From Cyanobacteria bacterium P01_A01_bin.123 (GTDB lineage Bacteria; Cyanobacteriota; Cyanobacteriia; Phormidesmidales; Phormidesmidaceae): a stretch of 64,000 bases of DNA. The first letter of the stretch is position 1. Each line of letters starts with the position of its first letter. The position numbers and the translations under genes were made by a program. The stretch lies in contig JBCBZT010000006.1 in the NCBI GenBank assembly GCA_039815185.1, forward strand, positions 1 to 64,000. Reading direction: 5' to 3'. This document shows, in pieces, positions 9,543 through 19,402 of this stretch. The notes below the pieces were generated by a model. The model saw nothing but the letters and a program-made list of their open reading frames with translations, did not search any database and was not told the origin of the DNA.

Positions 9543-9556
9543 AGTTTATTTGTACT
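9543..9556 (-). promoter_or_regulatory. Possible imperfect cyanobacterial LexA box upstream of umuD
   Basis: Minus strand AGTACAAATAAACT; one perfect AGTAC half-site, the other degenerate. Confidence 0.35.
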
Positions 9557-9662
9557 AAATATTTTGCAGGAGTGTGAGGCAGTAGCTCCTCCCTTATTGG
9601 GGTAAAACTGGGGTAAAGATTTTTATAGAGGGCTGAAACCCTTTGATTGTAAGGATTGATTC

Positions 9663-9709
9663 TCAGCTTCCCAAGCTGAATGTCGACGGTTCGAGTCCGT
9701 TCACCCGCT
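9663..9709 (+). mobile_element. 3' fragment of tRNA-Gly(CCC); probable att site of an integrated island
   Basis: Anticodon arm TCAGC-TTCCCAA-GCTGA, T arm GACGG-TTCGAGT-CCGTT, acceptor strand CACCCGCT; no D arm or 5' acceptor strand upstream. Confidence 0.88.
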
Positions 9710-10867
9710 TTTTTCTGAAGAGCCCTGATGTCCTTTTGAGCAAGTGTGGAGCCGGAATTTAGCACTGCAGTCCTGGTGAGTACATGTGAGAGAAAGAGCC
9801 ACATCATCGCCTTGCTTTAGCGCATATAACCGATCGCCTGCGCCAAAGTAGGTCAGCTTGTCGTTGCTCAGCAACGGATTTTTATCAACCCAAAACGGTA
9901 CTAGATTGACTGCAAAGCCACCTTTTTGGTAATGAATGCTGCTGACATTCCTGCCAGTCCAGTTCACTTGGCTGACTGTAACTTCTTTGAGAATGCGCCC
10001 ACCATTGGCTTCTATCGCCTCAGTTAATGGATTGACTAGACAGCGTCCCATGTCTTTACAAGTGCTGCTGAACGCTAACCCTTCGGGATTACCGAAGAAG
10101 TAGCAGTGAAAAAACTGCATCAGCTCCCCGGCACTGAGCTGATCCGGTGCGTTCAGACTGGACTTGGTAAACGGCAAAAAGTATAGGTCGTATAACCCTT
10201 GGGGAAACTGACCATCGCCCCACTCGTCAACGGAGAGATGATCTAGACGTTCGTAGGTTTGAGGCATCCGAAAGCTAGAAATTTCACGGAATACCTCCAG
10301 ATGTTTTCGGTTAGTTAGGTTTATGCCCCACTGCAAGACGTTATGGGACTTTAGGCCCAGGTCTAGGACATTCCAAGAAAAGGCAGAGTGGCTGGGGCGA
10401 AACGCTTCGGGCTGATACTGATTGCCCTTATAAACAACTGCATAGAAATCAAGCGGCTGAAAGTTATCGCGTATCTGCAACTCATCGATTAGACCAAACA
10501 GGTTGTAGTAATGCGGAAAAAAACCGTAAAAGCCATGTTCCATAATCATTTCTCTGCCATGAACCCGAATCGGCCAACTGGCAATCTTGCCTCCCAACTG
10601 CGGTGATCTCTCGACCAACGTCACCTGCACACCGCGCTGACTCAACTCATAGGCTGTAGCCAGTCCGGCTAACCCAGCACCTACCACCACCACTTTGACG
10701 GGATGATCTATGTAGCGAGGAAGATCAAGCTTTTCGACTTCATATCGGGTCGGTATTGGCTTAGCGAGGCGAGAATACCCTGTGGCACTCCCGGCGATCC
10801 CCATACCAAAAAGTTTGAGCACCTTTCGCCGGGATAGGGAACTGGGCAAGTTTTCGAAAGATGTCAT
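9701..10867 (-). pseudogene. CruE/CrtU-like (Sll0254-type) FAD carotenoid desaturase with Rieske insert, 3'-truncated
   Basis: Tat-like SRRKVLK, GAGLAGL FAD motif, EHGFYGFF; family-like sequence ends at first Rieske motif CTHQDC, then the frame runs into the tRNA fragment. Confidence 0.75.
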
Positions 10868-10956
10868 GGAGTTGACGAATTTTAGGTAACCTCAGAGACA
10901 AGTACACGTATCTGTGTATGTATTGATAGACCAATCTGGAGTCTGGCTCAACGCTG

Positions 10957-12627
10957 TCATCCCTGGACCGCCACCGTAAAGAGGGCTTCAACGCTAAGTG
11001 ATGTAGCCGTGGCTCCGATTACCTGAGTGAGAATTTCATCTCCGGTGACTATGCTTGTCGAATCTTGGCCTTGCTGGAAACTCAAGTCGGCGAAGGTAAG
11101 GCCGTCCGCCAGCAAGAAAGAGACGCGCTCAGGATCAAAGCCGAAAATAGTATCGATACCGTCGCCCTGACGCAGAATGATGGTGTCACTGCCGCCGCCG
11201 AGACGGAGTTGATCCTCGCCCTGGCCGCCGTCTAAAACATTATCGCCATCGCCACCAAATAGGGTGTCGTCACCAGTACCGCCTAGCAGTGTGTCGGTTC
11301 CGTCGTTGCCAAAGAGGCGATCGCTCCCCTCATCCCCAAGCAGCAAGTCGGCATCTTCTCCGCCAAAGAGAAAATCATTATCGTCACCGCCCCGCAGAAT
11401 GTCGCTACCACGATTACCCGCTAAAACATCCTCGCCATCCTCGCCATTGAGCTGGTCGTTGCCGCTGCCGCCAAAGATAAAATCATCCCCGTCTTGAGCC
11501 AAGAAAGCAGTGTCTTGTCGGAAACCAAACAGAAAATCCTGCCGAGAGCTGCCATCGATAACTCGGGCATCGTTATTGGGGATGTCTAAGGGAATCAAAA
11601 CGCGATCAATGCCCTGCACGACTCCATTGGTGGCGACCACATCAGCAAGGGCATCGACAAAGCGCGGGTTAAGCAGATCCGGTTCATTGTCAATGAGCGC
11701 ATCCCCTTCTACACCAAAGCTTGCGTCGGCTAGCAGCGTCGTCACGGTGCCACCAGCTTGCAGCTGGGCCTGACTCTGGGCGGTCGGGGAGACGTGGTAC
11801 AGCAGAATATTGATCAGGATGGGAACCGGGTCGCCGTTGCCCAGTTCGGTCAGCGCGGCGGCGATCGCCTCAAAAGCGCCTGCTTCATCGACACCGCGAA
11901 ACCCGAAATCTTGGGCAAGGGCCACAAAAGCTGCATCTGTCGGTGCAAACACAGTCAGGTCGGCGGCAGGGTCATTCAGGGCGTCAACGAGCCCAGCGGT
12001 TTGGACAGCCTGCAGCAAAATGTCGAAATCCTGATCATTGCTGTCAAAGCCATCTCCGCTTGCAGCGACGATATCGGCAATGGTCGGCAGCATGGGCGGT
12101 GAAGCCTCATTACCAGGAATATCTAGGGGCAGGAGGACACGATCAATGACCTGCACCGTGCCGTTGTCTGCTGCAATATCAGCGAGTTCGGCTACAAAGG
12201 TGGGATTAAGCAGATCTGGCTCGTTGTCCACGAGCTCTTGCCCGACTGTGACGAAGCTGGTGTCACTTAAAAGCGTGGTGACTGTCCCTGTGCTCTGCAA
12301 CTGCGCCTGACTTTTAGCACCGGGGGAAACGTGGTACAGCAGCACATCCGTCAAGATCGGTAGTGGGTCACCATCACCAAGGTCAGTGAGCGCTGCCACG
12401 ATCGCGTCAAAAGCCCCTGCCTCATCATTGCCGTCAAAGCCAAAGTCTTGAGCGAGCGCCACGAACGCTGCATCCGTCGGCGCAAATACCGTTAGATCAG
12501 CGGCGGGGTTATCAAGGGCCTCAACCAGATTCGCTGATTGTAGGGCACGGAGCAGAATGTCAAAGTCTTGATTGTTATCGTCGAAGCCGTCACCACTGCT
12601 GGCGACGATGCCTGAAATGGTAGCCAT
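10957..12627 (-). CDS. Two-fasciclin (FAS1) domain protein with C-terminal RTX Ca-binding repeats
   Basis: Two LTVFAPTDAAF..LLYHV..NGxVQxIDRVLxP domains; GGxGxD repeats; no N-terminal signal peptide. Confidence 0.9.
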   Translation of the reverse strand: MATISGIVASSGDGFDDNNQDFDILLRALQSANLVEALDNPAADLTVFAPTDAAFVALAQDFGFDGNDEAGAFDAIVAALTDLGDGDPLPILTDVLLYHVSPGAKSQAQLQSTGTVTTLLSDTSFVTVGQELVDNEPDLLNPTFVAELADIAADNGTVQVIDRVLLPLDIPGNEASPPMLPTIADIVAASGDGFDSNDQDFDILLQAVQTAGLVDALNDPAADLTVFAPTDAAFVALAQDFGFRGVDEAGAFEAIAAALTELGNGDPVPILINILLYHVSPTAQSQAQLQAGGTVTTLLADASFGVEGDALIDNEPDLLNPRFVDALADVVATNGVVQGIDRVLIPLDIPNNDARVIDGSSRQDFLFGFRQDTAFLAQDGDDFIFGGSGNDQLNGEDGEDVLAGNRGSDILRGGDDNDFLFGGEDADLLLGDEGSDRLFGNDGTDTLLGGTGDDTLFGGDGDNVLDGGQGEDQLRLGGGSDTIILRQGDGIDTIFGFDPERVSFLLADGLTFADLSFQQGQDSTSIVTGDEILTQVIGATATSLSVEALFTVAVQG

Positions 12628-13082
12628 GAGTCTTCTCTTTTGGTGAATAGTTGATTAACGAACAAAGCTAGGAAACAAACTTGCGGATTTGAATCACGAT
12701 GCCGATGACTTGACAGAGCCAGTTGCGCCTGTCAGCCAACAGCACTGTCGAACAAATTCAGACATGCAGGGAAACAAGAATCTATGAATGCCGCAATCTG
12801 GGCTAGGAACCCAATAAACTAGCCCTTCTTGGCCGTCCGTTATTCCGCACAAACACTCAATATCTGCGAGGAAAGGATCGATATGAATCTGCAGCTAGAT
12901 GCCTCAAACTGTGAACCTCGATCCGACAATGAGGAAGGATTCCCCAAACAGCTCTCAGCAATGAAACTAATGGCCGACGGTTGGTGCTTATTCACCAGCT
13001 GCGTGACTGAAACTGTGACTAACACAATTCAAGATAAGGAGTTCAGGAATCAGATCGATACTCCCTCAGCGCATGAAAAAAT

Positions 13083-13096
13083 ATGACCCTAGTCAT
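13083..13096. promoter_or_regulatory. ATGAC-N4-GTCAT palindrome (copy 1)
   Basis: gcatgaaaaaatATGACcctaGTCAT; matches copy at 20768. Confidence 0.6.
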
Positions 13097-13148
13097 CTTT
13101 TGCGGAAAGGCTATTCACGATACGGTTGTCACATAACTTAATCGCTCT

Positions 13149-14309
13149 TTGAATCACTGTTTGATGCCTTTTTTGCATCCCCTTTCTCGGACATTTAGAT
13201 ATTTAGAGTGGGTTATTCTCTTTGCCTACCTCAGTATGGAACTGAGCGGGATGCGACAGAGTTGGCCACTGGCTCTCGTTTTCTACGGGGCTTTTTTTAT
13301 CCTGAGCTGTTTTTTCCCAGAGCGCAGGCCCTATCCCCAACGCCTGCTTTATATTGGAGCGGCTTTGACCGCGATCATACTGGCCAATCGAGTCGGCATT
13401 GATTCGGATTTTCTGCTATTCGTCTATTTCTCTAAAAGCTATTTTTTGCTCAACCGCCGCTCAGCGATCGCGGCGGTAGGGCTGGTGATGTTGCCTTGGA
13501 TCATCAGTGAGTACCTATCACAAGTTGATTGGGTACAGCGATCGCCCGAACCGATTCCCCTTTCTGTCTTCGATCCTACTGCGCTCATCCGGTTTGTTGC
13601 GATTTCGCTCGTGGCCTACCTTTCTGCAAGTACGTTCACGCTGATTGCGAGCGCCATGGTCGTTACGGAACGAGAAAGCCGCCAGCGAGCAAAGATACTA
13701 TCACAGCAAATCGAATCTCTGTCAGCTGATCTTGAGCGGACTCGCATTGCCCGTGAGTTGCACGATTCTTTGGGACATACATTGACGGATCTCGACATTC
13801 AGCTAGCCGTCGCTCAAGAACTCCGGCGACGCGACCCAGAACAAGCCGCCCGTGCTGTTGACCTGGCCAAAACGCTCGTGGGTCAATGCATCGAAGATAC
13901 AAGCCGAGCGCTGCAGCGCATGCGCCGATCGGATTTCGACCTCAATCAAGCACTCGGCACGCTTTTAGAGCAGGTCCAGCAAACGTCTAACCTGAAAGTG
14001 AGATGGGAGTTAAATCTACCCCCACTGACCGTTTATCAGAGCTATCAAATCTACTGCATCATGAAAGAAGCCATTATGAACGTGCAAAAACACGCTCAGG
14101 CATCTCAAATCACGCTACATGGAATCGTCATTGCCAAGGATATCGTCCTCAATGTAGAAGACGATGGTGTTGGGGTAGAGATGAGTAAGCTTTACGCTGG
14201 ATTTGGAGTTCAAGGCATGAGAGAGCGGGTGCAACTACTCGGGGGACAGCTAGAGATTCAAACGACCCTAGCTAAAGGAACGCGCCTCGAAGTGATACTG
14301 CCACTATGA
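13149..14309 (+). CDS. Membrane sensor histidine kinase (HisKA_3 type)
   Basis: ERTRIARELHDSLGH H-box, EAIMNVQKHA, DDGVG, GFGVQGMRERV; N-terminal TM helices; ATG at 13164 may be the true start. Confidence 0.93.
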   Translation: MNHCLMPFLHPLSRTFRYLEWVILFAYLSMELSGMRQSWPLALVFYGAFFILSCFFPERRPYPQRLLYIGAALTAIILANRVGIDSDFLLFVYFSKSYFLLNRRSAIAAVGLVMLPWIISEYLSQVDWVQRSPEPIPLSVFDPTALIRFVAISLVAYLSASTFTLIASAMVVTERESRQRAKILSQQIESLSADLERTRIARELHDSLGHTLTDLDIQLAVAQELRRRDPEQAARAVDLAKTLVGQCIEDTSRALQRMRRSDFDLNQALGTLLEQVQQTSNLKVRWELNLPPLTVYQSYQIYCIMKEAIMNVQKHAQASQITLHGIVIAKDIVLNVEDDGVGVEMSKLYAGFGVQGMRERVQLLGGQLEIQTTLAKGTRLEVILPL

Positions 14310-14938
14310 TTAAACTGCTACTAGCTGACGATCAGGTGATTTTCCGCGAGGGATTGGCAACATTACTATCTGTCGAGGCAGACCTAGAAATCGTTGGTCA
14401 GGCCGAGAACGGTGATGAAGCGATTGGTTTAGCCGAAAAGCTGCAGCCAAATGTAATTTTGATGGACGTCAGAATGCCACTTGTAGATGGTGTTCAAGCC
14501 ACTGCCGAAATCCATCAGCGCTATCCTTGGATTCGCATTTTGGTTTTGACAACGTTTGACGACGATGAGTATATCCTACAGTCACTTCAGGCGGGTGCGC
14601 TGGGCTATCTTTTGAAGCGGACACCCGCTCCAGCGATCGCTGCTGCCATCCGCTCGGTCGCCCAAGGCTACAGTCAGCTAAGCCCAACAGTTGCACTCAA
14701 AGCATTTTCCTACCTAAAGCCTGTACCACAGTCGTCCACAGCGGCTATCAGCGAATTGAGCAAGCGAGAAGCCGAAGTACTCAAGCTGATCGGGCAGGGC
14801 CAGAACAATCAAGAGATTGCGACAGTGCTCCATCTTAGTGAAGGCACTGTTAAAAATTACGTCACTCAAGTTCTCAATAAACTAGAGATGCGCGATCGCA
14901 TTCAGGCTGCGCTCTGGGCACAAAAACATTTAATTTGA
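14306..14938 (+). CDS. NarL/FixJ-family response regulator
   Basis: REC domain (LADDQ, LMDVRMP) plus LuxR HTH; ATGA overlap with kinase stop. Confidence 0.95.
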   Translation: MIKLLLADDQVIFREGLATLLSVEADLEIVGQAENGDEAIGLAEKLQPNVILMDVRMPLVDGVQATAEIHQRYPWIRILVLTTFDDDEYILQSLQAGALGYLLKRTPAPAIAAAIRSVAQGYSQLSPTVALKAFSYLKPVPQSSTAAISELSKREAEVLKLIGQGQNNQEIATVLHLSEGTVKNYVTQVLNKLEMRDRIQAALWAQKHLI

Positions 14939-14962
14939 GTGCAAACTCCTTTCAGAAAGAAC

Positions 14963-15568
14963 CTAGCGAAATAGACGAATACCGACACCGAACACTAGGC
15001 CAATATCGGTTCCCTCTTCGCCAAAATTGGCATTGACTCGCGTCGTTCCTGTGACCGTATTCGTAATCGGAATATCTGCGCCCAGGGTGACCATGGGGTC
15101 AACATCAAAATCTTCAAACTCTACCCCAATGCCCACTCCGGCAAAGGGAACAATCACGGGCCGCTCCATTTGCGCTGACTCTTGATTGCCTACCGGGAAA
15201 CTTCCAGTCAATGCAAATGAGCTATAGCCATCACTACTGACGACAGACGCTGTGTGCACAGACAAAATCTCGGTTAAGGGAATGCGTGACATGATAGAAA
15301 ACCCGCCGTTGCCCAACTTAGTTTCACCATCGTCACTAAGGCCAAGCGTCCCCCCAAGACCAAAATAGCCAATCCGCTGGGGCTGTTCTTCTTCCTCATC
15401 AGGCGAGTTAGACTGGGCAACCTCCTCTTCAGAAGTAATAATTGACACTTCCATTGGGAGAGGCTCAGCTACTCCCTGGGTGTTCAGGCCCAAAAGCAAC
15501 CAGGCTAATAGCGAGAAGGCACTAGCGGTATAGAATGAGCGACTAGTCAAGGTCATTTTTAGCTCCAA
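14963..15568 (-). CDS. Secreted protein, probable small outer-membrane beta-barrel
   Basis: Signal-like N-terminus, alternating hydrophobic strands, C-terminal VGIRLFR; overlaps crtW 3' end. Confidence 0.6.
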   Translation of the reverse strand: MELKMTLTSRSFYTASAFSLLAWLLLGLNTQGVAEPLPMEVSIITSEEEVAQSNSPDEEEEQPQRIGYFGLGGTLGLSDDGETKLGNGGFSIMSRIPLTEILSVHTASVVSSDGYSSFALTGSFPVGNQESAQMERPVIVPFAGVGIGVEFEDFDVDPMVTLGADIPITNTVTGTTRVNANFGEEGTDIGLVFGVGIRLFR

Positions 15569-16328
15569 AATTCAATTGATTTTCGTTATGACGAGAAGCG
15601 ATCGCCGGAAGCATCCACCAAGGCAACTCAGGGTACTGATGATGTTCACAGTGATAACCAAAGTGGTAGCAAGTCAGAAGTGACAGCCAAAAGGGACGAT
15701 AAATGCTGCGAGATCGAAATATATTGGCATAGCCTTCAGAAGGTTCGCGATGGGGTAAAAAAGTCCCAAAATAGAACAACTGGAAGGAGCTTAATATGCT
15801 TGGAAAAACCCAAAATAAAACAAGACTGGCATGTGAAATATGGAGCAAGTGATGCATGCTGTGATAGCAAACAGTAACGGCTATCGAATTACCCCATCCC
15901 CAATACCGAAGCATAAATTGGGCGTACCAACTCAATAAGCTGACATTTCGACCATCATGAAAGTCAGGGTCTTTATTGCTAGCTGGATATAGATGGTGAT
16001 ACCAATGCTGTTTCAGAAGTTGATGGTAAGGAAGAAAGGCATACAAGAACAGTGAAACTTTGCCAATTATGTGATTTAGCTTGGGGTGACTTGGACAAAC
16101 CACCTGATGCATCGCATCATGGGCGGTAATAAATAGGCCAGTATAGAGAAATGTCTGAAAGCATACTGCAAAGACAATTTCTAGAAAATCTAATGCTTCT
16201 ACTTTTATAGACAACAGGAAAATCAGACTGGAAGCCCAAACTATCATGATTGAAAAGGCGATCGCTACACCATGCCAGCCGATTTGCATTTCTGTATCAG
16301 TGAGTAAATCAGTGGAATGAGTCTGCAC
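15543..16328 (-). CDS. crtW: Beta-carotene ketolase
   Basis: TGLFITAHDAMH, HWYHH..DPDFH, QLFYFGTFLPHR, CYHFGYHCEHHQYP His boxes. Confidence 0.92.
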   Translation of the reverse strand: MQTHSTDLLTDTEMQIGWHGVAIAFSIMIVWASSLIFLLSIKVEALDFLEIVFAVCFQTFLYTGLFITAHDAMHQVVCPSHPKLNHIIGKVSLFLYAFLPYHQLLKQHWYHHLYPASNKDPDFHDGRNVSLLSWYAQFMLRYWGWGNSIAVTVCYHSMHHLLHISHASLVLFWVFPSILSSFQLFYFGTFLPHREPSEGYANIFRSRSIYRPFWLSLLTCYHFGYHCEHHQYPELPWWMLPAIASRHNENQLNFGAKNDLD

Positions 16329-16587
16329 AACAAAGGGCTACTAATATAGACAGTAGACGGACGAGGTTTATTCAAAGAATCTTGCGTTGCGGGAACTACT
16401 TATCGCTAGCACAAGTACTGAGTAAGCGCTCGAATAAAATTGCCGCAAAGGTAACCTATTGTGACTCTTCTACGGCAATTTTTGTATCATCAAACATCAA
16501 TTCTTGGCTAAGAGGTAGGTGCAGCTGCATGTTGTGATCTAAGCAACATGCGCTGAATTTTCAGTAGATAGCTGACTTTGAATACGC

Positions 16588-17142
16588 TTATAAGTCTGGT
16601 GGAAGGATCACTTGATCAATGACATGAATAACGCCATTACTAGCTTCAACATCTGCACTGATTACCTTGGCATTGTTGACTTGTACACCACCGTTTTGGC
16701 AAACCTGGAGATTGACTTCACTGCCTTCTACTGTTTCCACCTGGCCAGAGTGTAAGTCACTTGAGAGCAGCGAACCAGAGACTACATGATAGGTCAATAT
16801 TCGTCTCAAAGTTTCACGATTTTCCGGCTCCAACAGCCGCTCTAATGCTCCGGGTGGCAATGCTTCAAAGGCATCGTTAGTCGGCGCGAAAACGGTAAAA
16901 AGACCTGGACCAGATAGTGTCTCAACTAGATCAGCAGCTTGTAGAGCCGACACCAATATGCTGAAATTTGATTCAGCTGCTGCAATATCGACAATACTTT
17001 CCGTTCCAGTCGCGTGCAAACTGCTCTCAGCCAGAATTTGAGCATTAGCCTTGCTCTGAGATGAAACAAGTCCGACTAAACCAACTGCAGTAATGAATCC
17101 ACCAAATACAGTGCTGACAAAACGGAAAATAGAACGGTTCAT
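16588..17142 (-). CDS. Secreted single fasciclin-domain protein
   Basis: Signal peptide; FTVFAPTNDAF, ILTYHVV, NGVIHVIDQVILP. Confidence 0.93.
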   Translation of the reverse strand: MNRSIFRFVSTVFGGFITAVGLVGLVSSQSKANAQILAESSLHATGTESIVDIAAAESNFSILVSALQAADLVETLSGPGLFTVFAPTNDAFEALPPGALERLLEPENRETLRRILTYHVVSGSLLSSDLHSGQVETVEGSEVNLQVCQNGGVQVNNAKVISADVEASNGVIHVIDQVILPPDL

Positions 17143-17313
17143 GGAAATTCCTCCTAATAATGAATAGATGCTCTTCCCTGAATATATTTCGGCGATAATC
17201 AGCTATTGAACGATGTATAGTCGTCACAGAAAAAGCGAGTTATTTCAGTCACAAACTTATACATCAACATGGTTTAAAGACAATCTAGAAACACCAATTT
17301 TGAAACCGAAAAT

Positions 17314-18048
17314 CTATACTGCTTGCCCTTGAAGCTGAGAAAAACGGCTAGAGAGCAAGTGGCCATCCTCCATTTCAACAATACGATCAGCCACATCCAG
17401 AATGCGGTTGTCATGAGTGACCATCAAAATCGTACAGCCCTGTTCCTTTGCAAGTTTCTGCATCAGCATCACCACTTCTCGACCGGACTTGCTATCTAGG
17501 GCTGCAGTGGGTTCATCGGCCAGGACAATTTTGGGATGACTTACCAGAGCACGAGCGATCGCCACTCGTTGTTTTTGTCCACCTGACAAATCTTCGGGAA
17601 AGTAGTTCCGTCGACTTTCTAGCCCAACTGATTCGAGCATTTCAACTGCTCTCGTTCGACGCTCTGGTGAAGTTAGCTGATGCAGTTGTAATGCCATTTC
17701 AACATTCTGCTGAGCCGTCAAACTCTGATGGAGATTATGAGCTTGGAAAATGTATCCAATTTCTCGCCTTAATTGAGTCAATTGACGTTGGCTGGCTCCA
17801 CATACCTCCTGTCCCAGCACCTGCAAACTACCTTCTTGGGCAGATCTCAATCCACAAATCAGCGTTAGTAAAGTTGTCTTGCCAGACCCAGAGGGACCGG
17901 TCATCAAGACAATTTCACCTGGCTGAATCTCTAGATTCATATCAAACAGAACTTGTTTTCGGAGATTGTCTTTCCCAAAAAAATGATTAAGATGCTGAAC
18001 AGAAACGATGGACGGATGACGGGATATATTGAAAAATTTTGAGGGCAT
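17314..18048 (-). CDS. devA: DevA-family ABC transporter ATP-binding protein
   Basis: GPSGSGKTT, LSGGQKQR, LADEPTAALD; start placed at ATG 18048. Confidence 0.88.
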   Translation of the reverse strand: MPSKFFNISRHPSIVSVQHLNHFFGKDNLRKQVLFDMNLEIQPGEIVLMTGPSGSGKTTLLTLICGLRSAQEGSLQVLGQEVCGASQRQLTQLRREIGYIFQAHNLHQSLTAQQNVEMALQLHQLTSPERRTRAVEMLESVGLESRRNYFPEDLSGGQKQRVAIARALVSHPKIVLADEPTAALDSKSGREVVMLMQKLAKEQGCTILMVTHDNRILDVADRIVEMEDGHLLSSRFSQLQGQAV

Positions 18049-18115
18049 AAGTTGTGGATTTTCGTCAATACGAAGCATGTCTTTTATCCTGAACTCCTGA
18101 GCGAAGTCGGCACAT

Positions 18116-19273
18116 CTAAAAAATATCTGCAGGATCGGCTGACCGTAGCTTTCGCATGGCAACTGCCCCTGAGATTGCACACATTAAAATTGTCAGAAAT
18201 AGGGTAAAAAGAGAAAGCCGAGATGTCATTAGAAGTGGCAGATTAGTCGCATTACGAGTCAAGTCATAAAGGAAATATGAGATCAAATATCCGGGAATAT
18301 AACCAGACACTGCCAAGATAAAAGCCTCTTGAGAGACCACACTCAGTAAATAGCCATTGTGATAACCCATGGCCTTAAGCGTGGCATATTCGGGCAAATG
18401 GTCTGAGACATCACTGTAGAGAATTTGATAGACGATGATGACCCCAACGACAAACCCCATGACGACACCTAAACTGAAAATAAATCCAATTGACGTACTG
18501 TTGCGCCAGTAATCTGCCTCGAAATTAATAAACTCTTGCCGAGTCATAATCGTGATGTCATCCGGAAGGTTTTGTCGAATCAAATTGGCTGTTGTGTTTA
18601 CATCACTTCCCGGTTTCAGGCGAATTAGACCCACGCTGACCTCACCGGCTTGCCTGTCGCTAAAAATTCGGAGAAAATTCTGGTCGCTCGTCATGACGCT
18701 ACCGTCGGCAACGAAGGAGGCTCCCACTGCATACAGACCACCCAGTACAAGCTGACGACCTAGAATTTCAGTCGTCACCCGCTCGCCCTCAGCAATCTGG
18801 GTAATCGCCTCCTCGTAGTCGCCGCGTGATTCGCGATCAAATAGCAGCGTGTCTGGAAAAAGCATCGTGTTTGCATTTGACTGTAGCTCTGGCAAGTCGA
18901 AAGCCAGTCGTAGCGGATCGAAACCCAACACGATAATGGACGTATCTTTGCGAGTTTGAGGATTTTTCCAAAAGGCAATGCTGACATACAGTGGCGCGGT
19001 TGAAATGACTTGTGGAAAGTTTTCTGCCTGAAACAATCGACGCCGAGGAAATGTATTCAGATTACTCAAGTTTTGAGCCATTGGATTCAGCATTACTAAA
19101 TCTGCATTTAATCGGTTGTGTAAGCGAGTATTACTGTCATATAAAGCATTTTGGAAACCGAGTTGCATCAAGATCAGAATATTGGCGAATGCAATTCCAG
19201 CGATCGCGGTTAGAAACCTGCCCTTTCGACGAATAAGCTGTAGCCAAGCGAGCGGTATTTCTCTTTTAAACAT
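18116..19273 (-). CDS. devC: DevC-family ABC transporter permease
   Basis: IPLAWLQL, VYQILYSDVSDHLPEYATLKAMGY, KLRSADPADIF. Confidence 0.92.
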   Translation of the reverse strand: MFKREIPLAWLQLIRRKGRFLTAIAGIAFANILILMQLGFQNALYDSNTRLHNRLNADLVMLNPMAQNLSNLNTFPRRRLFQAENFPQVISTAPLYVSIAFWKNPQTRKDTSIIVLGFDPLRLAFDLPELQSNANTMLFPDTLLFDRESRGDYEEAITQIAEGERVTTEILGRQLVLGGLYAVGASFVADGSVMTSDQNFLRIFSDRQAGEVSVGLIRLKPGSDVNTTANLIRQNLPDDITIMTRQEFINFEADYWRNSTSIGFIFSLGVVMGFVVGVIIVYQILYSDVSDHLPEYATLKAMGYHNGYLLSVVSQEAFILAVSGYIPGYLISYFLYDLTRNATNLPLLMTSRLSLFTLFLTILMCAISGAVAMRKLRSADPADIF

Positions 19274-19402
19274 CTCTTGAAATCGTTTTGGTGCTTACTC
19301 TTGATGTCTATGTCAACCAGATCGAAGACTGAAAAAAGCCGCAAAGCAGCAACAGTAGTCATTGCTCGACAAAACAACTTTCTCCATCACTTTCGCCTAT
19401 CT

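Noticed and set aside
9663..9709. Functional tRNA-Gly gene
   Set aside because: D arm and 5' acceptor strand are missing.
12829..13086. 85-aa ORF between FAS1-RTX gene and kinase
   Set aside because: No motif, TTG start, overlaps the probable regulatory region.
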